Of a DNA stretch of 64,000 nucleotides, positions 35,184-50,942 are shown in pieces (the first letter of the stretch is position 1; every line of letters begins with the position of its first letter). Below the pieces are notes generated by a model. That model had not been told where the DNA came from. It made no database searches and was given only the letters and a program-made list of their open reading frames with translations. The position numbers were made by a program, and so were the translations under genes. Source of the stretch: the human T2T-CHM13v2.0 reference genome, Homo sapiens; the NCBI RefSeq assembly GCF_009914755.1, contig NC_060935.1; one strand, given 5' to 3'.

Positions 35184-35752
35184 CTACCCATTGCCCGAGG
35201 GCCAGCCTTCCCTTTACACGCTATGACAGTGTCTCACAGAAATTGTTGAAGCAAGGCCTGCTCTCTAGCCCTAATCAAGGAGGACTATTGCCCCAGGCGC
35301 TACCGTCACAAATGTGCTTGTGGCTTCTGGGCTTCCTCACCAGGGACCTTAAATCTCACCAACTCATGGGGGCATCCACTGCCATCTACCACCTCATGTA
35401 GTTAATAGGGAGGCTGGGGGGCTTTGAGAGTAGAAAGAAAATGGCTGCCAATGGATTTGCTGACGTCCCATCTTCGTTCAACTTTATCACAGGACTTCGT
35501 TCCACCCTTGCTCTGACTAAATCAATCCGCAGCAGCTGATGCCCTTCTTTTGTGAGGCGTTGACCAGGCTGGACTCCTGTGATCACAGGTGTGGCATCCA
35601 CTCCACAAGTCACACGGAGGCACTGGGACACACGTGGGGGCTGCCTGGGTTCAGCTCTCAGGCCACCTCATGTCCATTCTGAAGGGGTCAAAATGTCCAT
35701 CATGAAGAGAAAAGCCAAAAAATTCCTTCTTTATTTACCAAAGCTCTAATTC

Positions 35753-35925
35753 TTTTCTTTCTTTTTTTTTTTTTCTTTTTTTTTTTTGAGATGGAGTTTC
35801 GCTCTTCGTTGCCCAGACTAGAGTGCAGTTGCGTGATCTCAGCTCACTGCAACCTTCACCTCCGGGTTCAAGCAATTTTTCTGCCTCAGCCTCCCAAGTA
35901 GCTGGGATTACAGGCATGCACCACA
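35753..35925 (-). mobile_element. 5'-truncated Alu (right arm only)
   Basis: Perfect TSD agctctaattctt. Confidence 0.92.
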
Positions 35926-37343
35926 GAGCTCTAATTCTTAATGCCACCCCTGGATTCAGATCTAGGGCTTGGGACTTTAGGCTTATTTGGAAGAATCCCT
36001 CTCCATTGCTATACACTTTTGCTGGCTTCTATAATCCAAGCTCTGAAAGGCACTCAAAGGTCTTGTTTGCACATCTGGCCATCTGTGGGGAAATTCCTCC
36101 CATAAAGGTCTGGAGAAATAGCTTTGTTGCTAACAACTTGTGTTGTTAAGCTAGAGAGTGTACATTCTGCATTTTACTCCAGTACCTAGATACGAGATTC
36201 TTTTAGGAAGTTGCTGATTTTCTGAGGGTGTCTGTGGAAGGGCTCAAGGATAGCCTTCAGAATGATGAGTTTGAGGCTTGCTGATCTCCTGATGTTGGAA
36301 TCTAACGAGTGGACTTGTAGGCTTTTAGAGGAACTATGTAGATGGATAGTTATAGAAATCCTTGGCTAGGAGTACCAAGAAGAAACATATATGTACGCAA
36401 TCACATACTGAAAAGGGAATATAAGATGGAGAATTTCAGCTGCACATTTCTGTAGATTAACATGTTTATATGGCAGAAGATTGCACCATTCTAGGTAAAA
36501 GAAAATTGTTTGTCTCTAAATCTATCTGGGTTAATGGGCTACATTCTTCAGTCCTGACTTTGGACCTAAATTCTGTTGTCATTAGTCCACAATGAAATGA
36601 GTCAAGTAAAAAAGAATGCCAGTGGAAGATTGGTAGATGATCTTCCTTAGAAGGAAGTTCCTTTTATTCTGAGATGGTACCCTTTCTACTTTTTTTGTGA
36701 TTAAAACATCCTTACTTTTATGAACTGATGGTGGTAATTGATCATGGGGATTTCAGATGCAGATTTTTGCTGGAGAAAATTAAACATTAAATCCACACAA
36801 TCCACCCCCGCCTACCCCATAGACCCCTGTTTTTCAAAGGATATTGGTCCATAAAATCCAAATATCTGGGACTAGCTGACCTACTTACTTTCTTGGAAGC
36901 CATTAGGCAATGACACTCTCCTGTCCCAGAAGAACAGGCTACAACCCTACTCTGCAGGCTTTTCCACTATTTTCCTCTTGCTTCTGACGGGGAATGGTAA
37001 CCTTTTCCTAACGTGTGCCTTCTCTGCGTGGTGCCTCTTCTACTCCTTGCAAGAGAACAAATTTGCCTCTTCCTCCTCTGGGCTGCCCAAGCACCTTGTT
37101 TGTACTTTGCTTAGCACTTGCCATGATAAAAGACAATTATTTGAATGAGCCTTCTTTCTCACTAAGTTGTGAGGTTTCTGACAGCTTATCTTTTTATTTT
37201 TTATTTTTTGTCATTACTAACCACAATGCCTGGTAAATATATATTTGCTGAATGAATAAGCAACCTAAATCTCAGGTGGCAGTTAAAGGCTATTGTCTCA
37301 TTTGTCTCTTCCAGTAGCAATAAACAGCTAATCTAATATATAA

Positions 37344-37649
37344 TTTTTATTTTTATTTATTTATTTTTTTTGAGATGGAGTCTCGCTCTGTTACCCAGGC
37401 TGGAGTGCAGTTGCGCAGTCTTGGCTCACTGCAACCTCTGCCTCCGTGTTCAAGCGATTCTTCTGCCACAGCCGAGTAGCTGGGATTACAGGTGTGCGCC
37501 ACCACACCCAGCTAATTTTTGTATTTTTGGCAGAGATGGGGTTTCACCATATTGGCCAGGCTGGTCTCGAACTCCTGACCTCAGGCGATCCATCTGCCTT
37601 GGCCTCCCAAAGCGCTGGGATTACAGGCATGAACCCACTGCACCTGGCC
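37344..37649 (-). mobile_element. AluS
   Basis: TSD tctaatatataattt. Confidence 0.95.
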
Positions 37650-37868
37650 TCTAATATATAATTTATGATGCCTGAATACTACGATAGAGTTCTTCTTTGG
37701 CTATCTCTTCTCCTGACATCATAATACTAGGAAACACACTGAGCCAGAAATCTGAAAACTGGGCTTTAGTTCCAAGCCACTTACTCTTTGGAGACTCAGT
37801 GTCCAAAGGAAAGGAATTAAGAGCAGGTTCTCACCACCATCTTCAACATGCTAGAGAAGAGAGGCTAG

Positions 37869-38375
<507 letters not shown>

Positions 38376-38619
38376 TAAGTATGATGTTGGCATGAGTCTT
38401 GGCTCTGTCTTCCAGGAGCCATGTAATATGGGGCAAGTTCCCATTTTAGGTTTCAATTTTTCTCACCAGCCGAAAGCATATAATAATCCTTCTGTCACAG
38501 TTACTGAGAAATGAGAACATGTATATAATGTATCTAGCCAGTGTTCAGTACATGGTCATTTCCCATCACCTTCCCTTAATGCAGAACCCAGCCAACTTAA
38601 ACATGATAAACTCATTCAT

Positions 38620-38909
38620 GGTCAGGTACGGTGGTGCATGCCTGTAACCCTAGCACTTTGGGAGGCTGAGGCTGGCAGATGGCTTGAGCCCAGGAGTTCG
38701 AGACCAGCCTGGGCAACATGGTGAAACACTGTCTCTACAAAAACTACAAAAATTAGCTGGGTGTGGTGGCACATGCCTGTGGTCCCAGCTCCTCAGGAGG
38801 CTGAAATGGGTGAATCACTTGAGCCTGGCAAGGCTGCAGTGAGCCATGATCACACGACTGCACTCCATCCTGGGTGACAGAGCAAGGCGAGACCCTGTCT
38901 CAAAACAAA
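38620..38909 (+). mobile_element. AluJ
   Basis: J-type arms. Confidence 0.92.
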
Positions 38910-39528
38910 CTATGTTATTGGAGACTTAGAAGTCTTCACTTTCCCATCCCCAGCCCCACCTTCATGTCTACGTTGTAAAAGAGGCTGCAGCAAGAGGGCA
39001 ATACCAATATCTATTCCAGGGGAAGAATTTGGTAATGATGGACTTTCAGGAATAAAGGTTTGGGGTAAAAGCTGAGATTTCATCACTTACAAGTGAGCCG
39101 CTGTAGAAGCCAGTCAAATGTATTGCGTGGTAAGCGAGCTTTGACTTTACTAAATCAGAAGGGGATGGGGAACATGTGTGGGTGTTGGAGTGATTAGAGA
39201 TTCAGTGTGTTTGTGTCCTGCTGCTTTGATTCCCTTATTAAAGAGAATGAAAATAAACCCAGCAGCTGCTGGTTAACTCTTTCTGGGTATAGGCCTACAA
39301 TCAGCAGAAATGCTCCAAGTCATCAAGCATTCCTGACATCCTGGGTGGAATTATCTAATCTAAGGCTTTTGCAAGGGAGGAATTTGAGTCCCCACCTAGC
39401 CTTTTCTCCTAGAGTTCTGGAAGAGATTATCACACGGTCTCAAAAACTAGAGCTCTAACCTGTTTTTGGTTTATGTGTTTGTTCATTTGTTAGTTCATTC
39501 ATTTGCCTAGATCAAAAGAGCATTCTCG

Positions 39529-39837
<309 letters not shown>

Positions 39838-41826
39838 TCATGGATTTAAGATAATCATAATAAACAACATGGTCTAGCTTCTAGGTTCTCAGAGCAGAAG
39901 AAAGATAAGGCCAACAGTTAGAAGACAGAGGTAAATGCAGTTTAGGAAAGGCATTTAGGAGGAGGCGAAAGAGCAAGTCCCGGAGCGGGCTGGTGGTTGG
40001 AGAGATGGTGGGGCCACCATTGTTGTGCACGCTTATTACAAGCCAGGCATTGTGCTGCCTTCTGCACACATTATCTCTGTGTCATCACAACCACCCTGCA
40101 AGGCAGGTCCAGTCTCATCCCATTTCTTGAAAAGAAGGCTCAGGGACATTAAGGACCAGACATGATCTCCCCCACCTGAAAAGTGGCAGAGCCAGAAGTC
40201 AAACGTTCATCCATCCATCTGGTCGTGGTATCCTCAATCTCTGCCTCCAGAAGCGTGTGATCTTGCTAAATCATAGCTAATGCCGATATAGCCAAAAATG
40301 GACAAATAAAGGCACCAAAGTAGAAGTGGTATAGGGGGTGGAAGCTGCCCCATAAGGGCCTGCTGGGGAGAATTGGGGAGGGGGACGGGGCATGTAGAAT
40401 TGGTAGGCAATGGGAACACAGAAAGCCCATGCCGCATACCACTTCCCTAGAGCTTTTGACTCTCATTCCATAAGGAGAGGAACCCCAGGTGGGTAGGCTT
40501 TGTCCTGGGGGCAGGGTGGTGGGGGTGGAGATGGTAGAGCAGCCATGGGAACATAAAGGCATATACCCTGGATTTTCAGGGATAATCATAATTTTCAAAT
40601 CATCCCTTTTCATTGACAGGCCATAGAGGAAACATTGGTCTTGACTCTTGTTTCAGAAAATAAGGTCCCAGGAAAGTCAATGGGTTAGGAAGTGTGGGAG
40701 CCCTGTTCTCTGATGACTGTTGGAAACGAGATTCATGGAAGGAAGCCTGGGCTCTCCTGACTCTGTGCTTCAGTGTCCAGGCAGAATCTCCTCAGTTAAT
40801 TCTCCAGAAGAGAGCCCCCACCCTTCCTCTTTATACACTCTGGCAAGGGAGCTCCTAATCTTGCAGTCCCAGGCTCCCAAAATCTCTGTAGCAGACATTT
40901 TTGGGGGTCCCCCATCTCCTGTCCAAACCTTGGAATTCGTAATCATTTTAGTGCTTAGGGAAAGAGAGGAGAGGTAATCAGACCCTATTCCAAATGCATC
41001 TCTTTCCTTCCATTTTTCTTTCGTCACTCTCCAGCCACGTGGGTCCCATCACAAGTCATCAATAACAAGATGGTCACCCCTGAGTCCAAGGGAGGCTCAC
41101 AAGACTCAGGCAGAGTGAAGCTGAGCACAGGGCAGGATGTGATAAGCAGGCCTGAACGGAGCCGAGGAAGGCCGGGCACTGGCAGCCTTTAAGTGCCTTG
41201 CAAGGACATGTGCCGGGAGTGCGTGTATGCCTCTAAGTCTCCTGAGCATGCCCCCGGGCACTTCAGCCTGGCCTTGGCCTCATTACTACCTCATGCTGTG
41301 TAACGGGCACAGGTGCATGTGGAAAAAGAATCAAGGTTTTCTGATAGAACCAATTTCCTTTACTGGAGTTTGCAAATAACCTGCTGTCCTTGGGCCTTTG
41401 CATTTCCATCTCTAAAATGGGAATACTAATCCTGCCTTCAATGTCCCACTGACTACATACACCCCTCACAAAGATACTGTGAGGAAGAGTGAGTAATAGC
41501 AAAGAATCTTAAGGCTAAAAGAACCCCAGGGTTCATTTTTTTCTATCCCTTTACTTCCAGCCAAGTTCTCTACACAATAATACCCATACCAAAGAAAGGA
41601 ATGTGCCGGGCATAAAGACCATCTAGAAAGGACAGCCCGCAGCTTCCCCTTGGTTTGAAGCCAAGTTGGAAGTTGTCATGCCAGCTGCATTTTTTTTTTT
41701 TTTTTTACTGCATTGCTGTTCATCATCAAGTAATTCAGGGCACTAGGGGGAAAAAACTTCTCTGAAAATGAGGGAGTGATTTGCAGCATCTGTTATTTCC
41801 TTTTTAATTGAATCTGTTCTTCTCAG

Positions 41827-42002
41827 ATACCAGGAGCAAGTGCCAAAGTCAGCAGTAGAATTCAGCTGTGTACATTTTGAACGAGCTGGAAGATAAGTTT
41901 ATGAGCACTATACGGATGCAGATTGTACAGAAACCAGATGGCCATATTGTCCTCAAAGTCCTCTGGAGGGCGGTAGCTGACATGAAGCTCCAGCATGAGG
42001 AG
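41827..42002 (+). other. Candidate cryptic/non-coding exon
   Basis: Pyrimidine tract ending ttcttctcag| and GAG|GTGGGA donor-like site in non-repeat DNA. Confidence 0.25.
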
Positions 42003-42502
42003 GTGGGAGGTCTGCTGACTTTCCTAAGGAGCTGCTTGGGTAGATACACACCCAGGGTGGACTTGGATGCTTCCTTGGTGGGGGACGCATGTCACACGAG
42101 AGGGGCTTTCTCAGCAACCCAAATGGACCCAGGGGCTCTCATGCTTGCTTCCATCCTGGCCCTGAGTAATAGGCATAAACCAGGGTCCTGTTGGTGCTCG
42201 CTCTTTTTCCCTCACATTCTGCATCCTGTTGAGCACCAGGAGGGTCACCAAGGGAAGCTAGGGAATTTCTACCCCAGAAAGTACCCAACAGCCCTGACTA
42301 GCTGGGAGGCAAGAGGAGAACTCCATGGGTTTCACAGGTACCTTCCTACCTGTGGTGTTGCACAAACAAAAGCAAACGCCCTGAAGTATATAGAACTCCA
42401 CTACCAAGTGCAGCTTCTTAACAGCAGTTACATTTGCAGGAGAAGAGGGGATTTTGCTCCTGGATGAATGAGGAATAGTGGTACAGGGATGTACATCTCT
42501 GA

Positions 42503-42863
<361 letters not shown>

Positions 42864-43367
42864 CAGTGTTCCTCATTTTCACACAGAGGAGTTGAGGCTC
42901 ACATGGGATGAAGCTCTCTTTAGGGCACACAGGAGGTGCACTGTAGATCCCAAGAATAGCCACACGACGAAGAGAGGCTTTGGTTTGGGAAGTAAAAAGC
43001 CATGTGGTCAGCTGACTCTGCGGCATCAGACGAATGCATGTGAAATCATGGATCTCACCCACCTGAGGAAGGTGGGAAGTTACATCAACTGTGATAATAG
43101 ATCTGTAGATGCAAAAGGCCTTGGAAGGAATATCCTATGGAAATAGAAGATATATTACAGCTTTAGCCTCTTAGGAGTGTGTGTGATTTGTCCAAAAAGA
43201 TAAGCTTTATGTTAGCAATTATAAAGAAACTATAGGCATGTTGCATTTTTCTGAGAGCCATGGCCAAATTCTTGGTAAGAGTTTTTTTGAAAATCATAGT
43301 ATTTTATTTTGGGGGCCCTAAAGTTTATTTATCTCAGCCACTCCCAAATCTGGCCACATGTCAGTCA

Positions 43368-43525
43368 TCTCCAGCCTGGGCGACAAAGCGAGACTCCATC
43401 TCAAAAAAAAAAAAAAAAATGAATGTTCAGGGTTATTCCTGAAAATTCTGATCCAGTAGGTCTTGGGGAACATGGGAATCTGTATTTTTACTGAACTCCA
43501 CCAGTAACTCAGATATGCAGCTGGC
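43368..43525. mobile_element. Alu 3' stub joined to MER5-like fragment
   Basis: ctccagcctgggcgac..A-tail then attctgatccagtaggtct..gaatctgtattttta. Confidence 0.7.
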
Positions 43526-43559
43526 TTTGTGACCTCATCCAGTGCAGCCTTCCATGAGA

Positions 43560-43926
43560 TGTTTATATCCAGGTTAGAAACCACCTCTGGATAACTTAAG
43601 CAGGAAACGAGTTTAGGTGGCTCACAGAACTATCAGGGGCATGGATAATCAGACTCTGGAAACAGGCAGGAGTCAAGGACACTGCTGCAGACACTTGCCG
43701 TGACCCCTCCACTCTTGGTCACCTTAGGTTCCAAAGTCTTTAATGGGAGTAGTTGATTGCCTTCGTCTAAGTCATATGCTGGGCATCATCTGTCAGGAAG
43801 CTGAAAGACAGAACATCTGCCCCATCAGTTTCTTTAGTGGGGCTCCCCCTTCGCTCATATTGGGATTCCCCTAAATAAGAAGAGTGCTTAGATACTGGAC
43901 AGCCAAAACAACAATTGCTGTCTACA
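43560..43926 (-). mobile_element. Old MLT1 (K/L-like) LTR
   Basis: aacttaagcaggaaa..ggctcacagaac..gacagccaaaacaac..ctaca. Confidence 0.55.
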
Positions 43927-44591
43927 GTGTTGCCACAGTCATCAAGACTGCGCTTGAACTCCTCCATTCTTGGGGAGCTCACTACCTTACAAGGCCATTC
44001 AATTCTCTCTAAATCGGCCTTCCTGAAATTGCTAACTATTGGCCCTTAGGGTCAAGCCTTTCTCAAAATCTCATATTTAGGGGACACTGAAGAAGAACAC
44101 CTTCTGAACTTCCTCTTCTGCTTTTACTTTAAAACCTGAAGCAAGTGAGAGGCAGACCTCTTTTTCCAGGTATTTGGCCCAGAGGCAGCGGGGTAAAATG
44201 GAGAGAGTGAAGGATTGAACTCAGTCCTGGCTCTGACTCCTGGTTCTGCTGCTTCACGGTCGTGTGACTTTGGACAGATTGCTTCACAACTTGTGACCCT
44301 CAGTTTCCTCATCAGTAAAACTGAAGATACTGATGGTGAGAATTAAGCCTGAAATGTGCTTCCTCTTTCCATCTTCGCACAGAGTGAAGCAATGTCAGCT
44401 GATGATGGGAAGGCAGGGTAGGATGGTGTTGAAGAACAGAGGTGTCTGGCAAGCCTGTGTCTGAGCCCGGGATGCACTCATTATCTGCATAACCTTGTAC
44501 AAAGTATTTACCTTCTCCTTCGCTCATCTGTAAAGTGAGTGCAATTATAGTACCCATGTCATAGAGTTGTTCTGAAGACTAAATGAAATAA

Positions 44592-44902
<311 letters not shown>

Positions 44903-45845
44903 AGATAAATGTTAAATGCTGACACAGTGCTTAGCATTTAAATAACACTTAAGATGTCATGTCTTATTATTGATTGGCGGTTGAGGTGGGACTTCATGGT
45001 CTGGACAGACCTTGCATTGCTGCCATCAAAAGTTGCCTCCTTCAAAACAGTTGTAGCGCTGCTGTCAGTGTCTGTTAAGAATGAGGTGGTGCATATGCTA
45101 CGGCAGAGACAATCCAGAAAGCTTCTGAATCAATAGAACCTCTGAGGCTGTTGTAGCTTCGGCATAGCTATCATCTTTTAGGGCCATTTACCCAATGTGT
45201 CACCAAAGAGACACAGCAGAAACTGCTGGAGAAACACGGATCCGAAAGCCCAGTAATGACGGCTCCTCTCCTCTTTCTATTCTCTCCACCCATCTGTTCC
45301 CCTACTTCCTTCAAAGCACACATAGACACACACCCCTTTTTTCTCTCTCAAAACAGGGGATAATTAAAAAACCAAAATCCAAACATCCAGCAGAAGTTTA
45401 TGCTTGAGTCTCAGAACACAACATATGGCTTCCCAGCCATTGCCAGGTTCTGTAACCACAAAGAGAGAGGTCTCCAGCCTCCACCGTGGTCCCCTGGCTT
45501 TGCCACTATTTGCTGACAGAGGCAGCACTCCTCCGCCAAGGACTAGAGGGTCATGGTGTTCAACCCCTTGAATTGTAGTCAAAATTACATTTTCCTGTCA
45601 TTTGAAAATGCTCCAGAAACAGAGGAGATTCAAGTGCTTCCTTTCTTTGTCCCTGTTTCAGCTTTCTCTTTCCAGTATTGGATTAGAGGCAGCAGGGACT
45701 GTGGAGAGAGGACGAGGAGGTGGAATTTCCTGATCGTGATGCAGTGTCCCTCTGTGGGGGCAGAAAAACTGCACGGTAGTAGCAGCAAGCTGGGGCTGGT
45801 GAGAACTGCGAGAGGAAGGGGGATCTCAGCTGCAGAGGAGAGCTC

Positions 45846-46195
45846 TGAGACAGGGTCTCACTCTGTTGCCCAGACTGGAGTGCAGTGGCTCAATCCATGA
45901 CTCACTGCGGCCCCAGCCTCCTGAGCTCATGTGGTCCTTCTGCCTCAACCTCCCAGCTTGCTGGAACTACAGGCATGTAGCACAATGCCCAGCTAATTTT
46001 TTTGTATTTTTAGTAGAGACGGTGTTTTGCCATGTTGCCCAGGCTGGGTTATTTTTTATTTCTATTGCCCAAGTCACATGGAGGAATTGTGTCAGATTGT
46101 AGTAAGAAGAGGATGATTCTACCTTATCCTCCCTCCACAAAACACACACATATGCCGTGAGTTAGCTTTTCATCTCTGCCCCTCTAATATCCCTT
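45846..46195 (-). repeat. Inverted duplication 2, upstream (derived) arm; includes tailless AluJ part 45846-46047
   Basis: Reverse complement of 48346-48694; about 33 differences in 350 bp by hand alignment. Confidence 0.93.
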
Positions 46196-47525
46196 GTGTG
46201 GCCTCTTGCATGGGGAATCGCTGTCCACCCAGAGACTTGGGACATCAGGATGTCCTTTCACCTCCTGAGGCAAGGTTGCCTGTGGGAGACCTTGCTCAGA
46301 GCTTTCAGTCTGCCCCGCTCTGTAAGGAGGTTTGGGTTGCAGACATGTCCTTTCTCCACCTGAAGGCAGGTAATGCAACCACAATGTCACCCAGTTCTGT
46401 AAAATTCCTGTCTAAGGAGTCCAGTTCAGTTTTCTGAATCTTGAACAGCAGACCAGGCTAAAGAGGGGAGCCCCAGAAAGCTTTGCTGGAAGGAAGAGAA
46501 AGACAAAAGCCTTGCCTTTTTTCTCGGTAGAAGCTGTCGGTCATGGCTCTTCTAGCCTCACAATTTGGAGATGTTAGATGGAATCAGGATGATTATAGCC
46601 TCATCTCCCCTTCTCCCGTCCTGTCTAAGTAGTCACACAGATTGATGCCTTAATTTCCCATAGCACAGCCGAGGCCAAGGTGTAACAAACTGAACAAGAC
46701 TTTACTAGCAGCTCAGGATCAGGACTATGCTTAGGACCAGCCCATTCTCAGGGGGTTCCCTCAAAGCTACCACTGTATGACAGAGATCCCTGTCCTCTCG
46801 CCCCCAGAAAAGTCCTCAAGTTTTGCCAGACTCCTGGGAGTACTAGCATAAGAAAGCAAGGCCCAGAGACATGGAGATTCTCTCTTCTTCTCCCACCTAA
46901 GGCCTTCCTTCCAAATCCTCATTGCCTGTCCTAAGAACCACCACTTCCTGGACTAACCGATAGCGGAAGGGCCAGGTTCCCTCTCTGCCCCTGAGGAAGT
47001 GATGCTACCCCACAGTCCGAGGAGATAATCACATCAGAATATAGCAGACCTGCAGTAGTGTGAGAGATTTCCTGGCAGTAAGAAGGGGTAGGGAGGAAGA
47101 TGTCCTTGTCACACCCAGGCTGCCTGGATCCTGTGGCCTCCACCACATGCATTAGGCGTGGCTCTGGCCACAGATCAGTAGAGGGAGAAGCACTGCACAC
47201 AGCACGGATGCTTGTAAATGTCAATTGCCCTCAGTGGCTATAATTAGTTTCTCTGGTACCCTGTGTTCAGCAAAGTGGGGAAACAGCCCCTTAGAAAGTG
47301 TGTATTTTCCACCGCTGTACCTCGTGATATCACCACAGGTGCCTTCTGGCTGACCCCAAGTTTCTCGTTGTTCTCCAGGAACTGCTGTGACTGTTGGTGG
47401 CAGTTCTATAACTCTGAGAAGTCACAGGGGGCCTGGTCAACCACCAGCAAATGACTTCCTGTTCCCTTCCCCTACTGTCCCCCACCCCCCATGACACTAG
47501 GCCAGTCCTTGCCTGGTGAGAATAA

Positions 47526-47927
<402 letters not shown>

Positions 47928-48345
47928 TAGTCTAATGTTTAAAATACATTTCGGATGAAGCATTTCTTGTTCTAAAACTACTTAACATAGAGCCCTGGCG
48001 CCTCAGATTCCTTGCAAGTCACTAAGTCAGTGCATGGCATCGGGTACTAGTGTTATATTATTGGGCAGACTTGTGAAAGGATGTGGAGTCTCAGACTCCA
48101 GGTTTGAATCTGCCATCTCCAGCCGTGTGACCTTGGGCAAGTTATTGAAGCTTTGAACACTGGCTTCTTGATCCATCAAATGGGATATTTAGGGGGGAAA
48201 TGGGATAGTAGGGATTGTGTGAGGATTAAGTATGATGACATATGTAAAAGCAAATTAACACTGCACCCAGCAGGTCCTCAATTATAGTACTTTTTATATT
48301 CATAGTATGGAATAAAGAAAAGTCTTTTTGATTGGAGCCCCAAAA

Positions 48346-48694
48346 AAGGGATATTAGAGGGTCAGAAATGAAAAGCTAACTCATAGCGCATGTGTGTGTT
48401 TTGTGGCGGGAGGGATAAGGTAGAATCATCCTCTTCTTACTCCAATCTGACACAATTCCTCCACGTGACTTGGGCAACAGAAATAAAGAATAACCCAGCC
48501 TGGGCAACATGGTGAAACACCGTCTCACCTAAAAATACAAAAAATTAGCTGGGCATTTTGCTACATGCCTGTAGTCCCAGAAACCTGGGAGGTTGAGGCA
48601 GGAGGACCACCAGAGCTCAGGAGGCTGGGGCTGCAGTGAGCCATGATTGATCCACTGCACTCCAGCCTGGGCGACAGATTGAGACCGTCTCTCA
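48346..48694 (+). repeat. Inverted duplication 2, downstream (donor) arm
   Basis: ~148 bp unique sequence plus 5'-truncated AluJ (48494-48709) that keeps its A-tail. Confidence 0.93.
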
Positions 48695-49269
48695 AAAATA
48701 AATAAAAAACACTTACTGAGTATTACCATGTGATAGCTGCTGTTCGAACAATCTAAGCATGATTACGTTAGATTGGTGATGGGTATTCTTACACTGCCAA
48801 TTTACAGATGGATTAACTAACACGCTGAGGTTAAAAGTAACTTGTCTAAGACCACGCGGCTAATAATTGGGAGTGCCCGGAAGTCAATTCCCTTCTCTAA
48901 GCTTCAATTTCCTCATCAGATGATTGGTTTAGATACCCATGTCCACCAGTGCTCAAAATTTTACATCTGTGCTAAATTTAACCAGGAAATTTGGGAGTTA
49001 TGTTAGTGATGTTTGCAATGGAAAAGAAATGGTTTAGGAAACTTAACATGGCTTGAAACTCTTTAAAAGTCTTTCTTACCATTTTTCTTGTCCCTTTCTT
49101 TTATTACTCTCTCCTTGTCTTTTCCCCTTCGTCCTCCTTAAAATAAGTCTCTGAGAGGGAAAAACCTGTGGTTCACATCATGAGTTCATCAGAACCAGGC
49201 ATCTATGTATCCCATCACATAGGTCAAGGAGCCTCCCAGCAAAGGTAGTAATAATCAGCCTTAGTAGCT

Positions 49270-50617
49270 GGAAAGATCATTTCATCTGTTTCTCTTCTTG
49301 CAAAACCTAAAGTGTTAAATCAGATTCTTGAACAGTAACACTTCCCAAACAAGTTGTCTCTACTGGCTGTTTCCACTTCCTATCCTCCTCTTTTCTCTTA
49401 AACTTATTTCAATCAGGCTTCTGTCACACTGCCCCCCAAAGCTGCTGTCATCAAGGTCACTAATGGCCACAGTAGTGCCATATATTGTGAGCAATTCCAT
49501 CCTCCATCAGCAGCATTGGATGCAGGCGATCAGTCCTCTCTCGATGCTTCCTTAAAGACCCTTGGCTTCTAGGAGTTTCTTCTCTCTTAGTCCTCCTACT
49601 GCAGTGCCTGCTTCTGCTCCAACTCCTTGGCTGGCTTCCTCATCTCCTCACCTGTAAATATTGGAGAGCCCTCAGCTGAAAACCATGGACCCCTTCTCTC
49701 CTTTGTCTAAACTCACCCCCATAGTAGTCTCCAAACTCCTGGCTTTATGTACTATCCATATGCTGACAACTCCTGCACTTACATCCCCCACCCAGTCCTC
49801 TCTCCCATTTTCCAGACTCCGTACTCAGCATCTCCTATGGATGTCAAATAGGCATCTCAAACATGGGTCCTCCCACAGTCTTGTCATCTCCAAGCAGGAT
49901 AACTCTTTCTTCCAGATGTTCATTCTAATGCCTTGGAGTCACCCTTAGCGCCTCACTTTTTCCATCCAGTCCATCAGTGAATCTGTCAGCTTCGCCGCTT
50001 CCACAGATCCAAATCCCTGGCATTCTCTCTTGCTTGTATTATTGCAATTGCCTCCAAACTGGTCTCCCTGTTTTGGCTTTTGCTTTCTTGTAGTCTCTTC
50101 TCATCAGAATAGTTGGAGATCCTTTCAAAGTGTAAGGCAGATGGAATCACTCCACTGCTCAAAATGCCCCAACGTTCTCTGTGTTACAAAGTTAAATCTA
50201 AAGCCTTCCTGTCTCTAGGGTGTTCCCTTGCTACCTCTCTGAATCTGTTTCCTAGCATGTACCTCCTTGCCCATTCAGCTGAAGCCACATGGTCTATTCT
50301 TTGTTCCTTGAATACACTACACACGCCATTGCCTGGGGCCTTTGTGCTTGCTCTTCCAGGAAGGCTCTTCACACAGCTATCCACAGAGCTCTCCCTCCCC
50401 GACTCATTCATTACCTTTATCTAATCTTTCCATGCAAAATAGGAATCCCTTCCCACCCTTCCCTGCCTTATTTTTTCCAAAACGCTTACTATAACTGTCC
50501 TCTCCCCTAGAATATAAACTGCATGAGGTCAAAAATCTTTGTATTTTTTTTTTCTCTGCTATATCCCCAAGGCTAGAAAAATGTCTGACACATAGTAGAT
50601 GTTAAAAGAATGAATGA
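49270..50617 (+). mobile_element. L2 3' portion (~1.3 kb)
   Basis: caaggtcactaatg, ggatgtcaaataggcatctcaaac, terminal cacatagtag..gaatgaatga. Confidence 0.82.
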
Positions 50618-50620
50618 CTC

Positions 50621-50942
<322 letters not shown>

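Noticed and set aside
41868-42467. 199-aa non-Alu ORF
   Set aside because: GTG start, no recognisable domain; only the exon-like 5' part is kept as a weak candidate.
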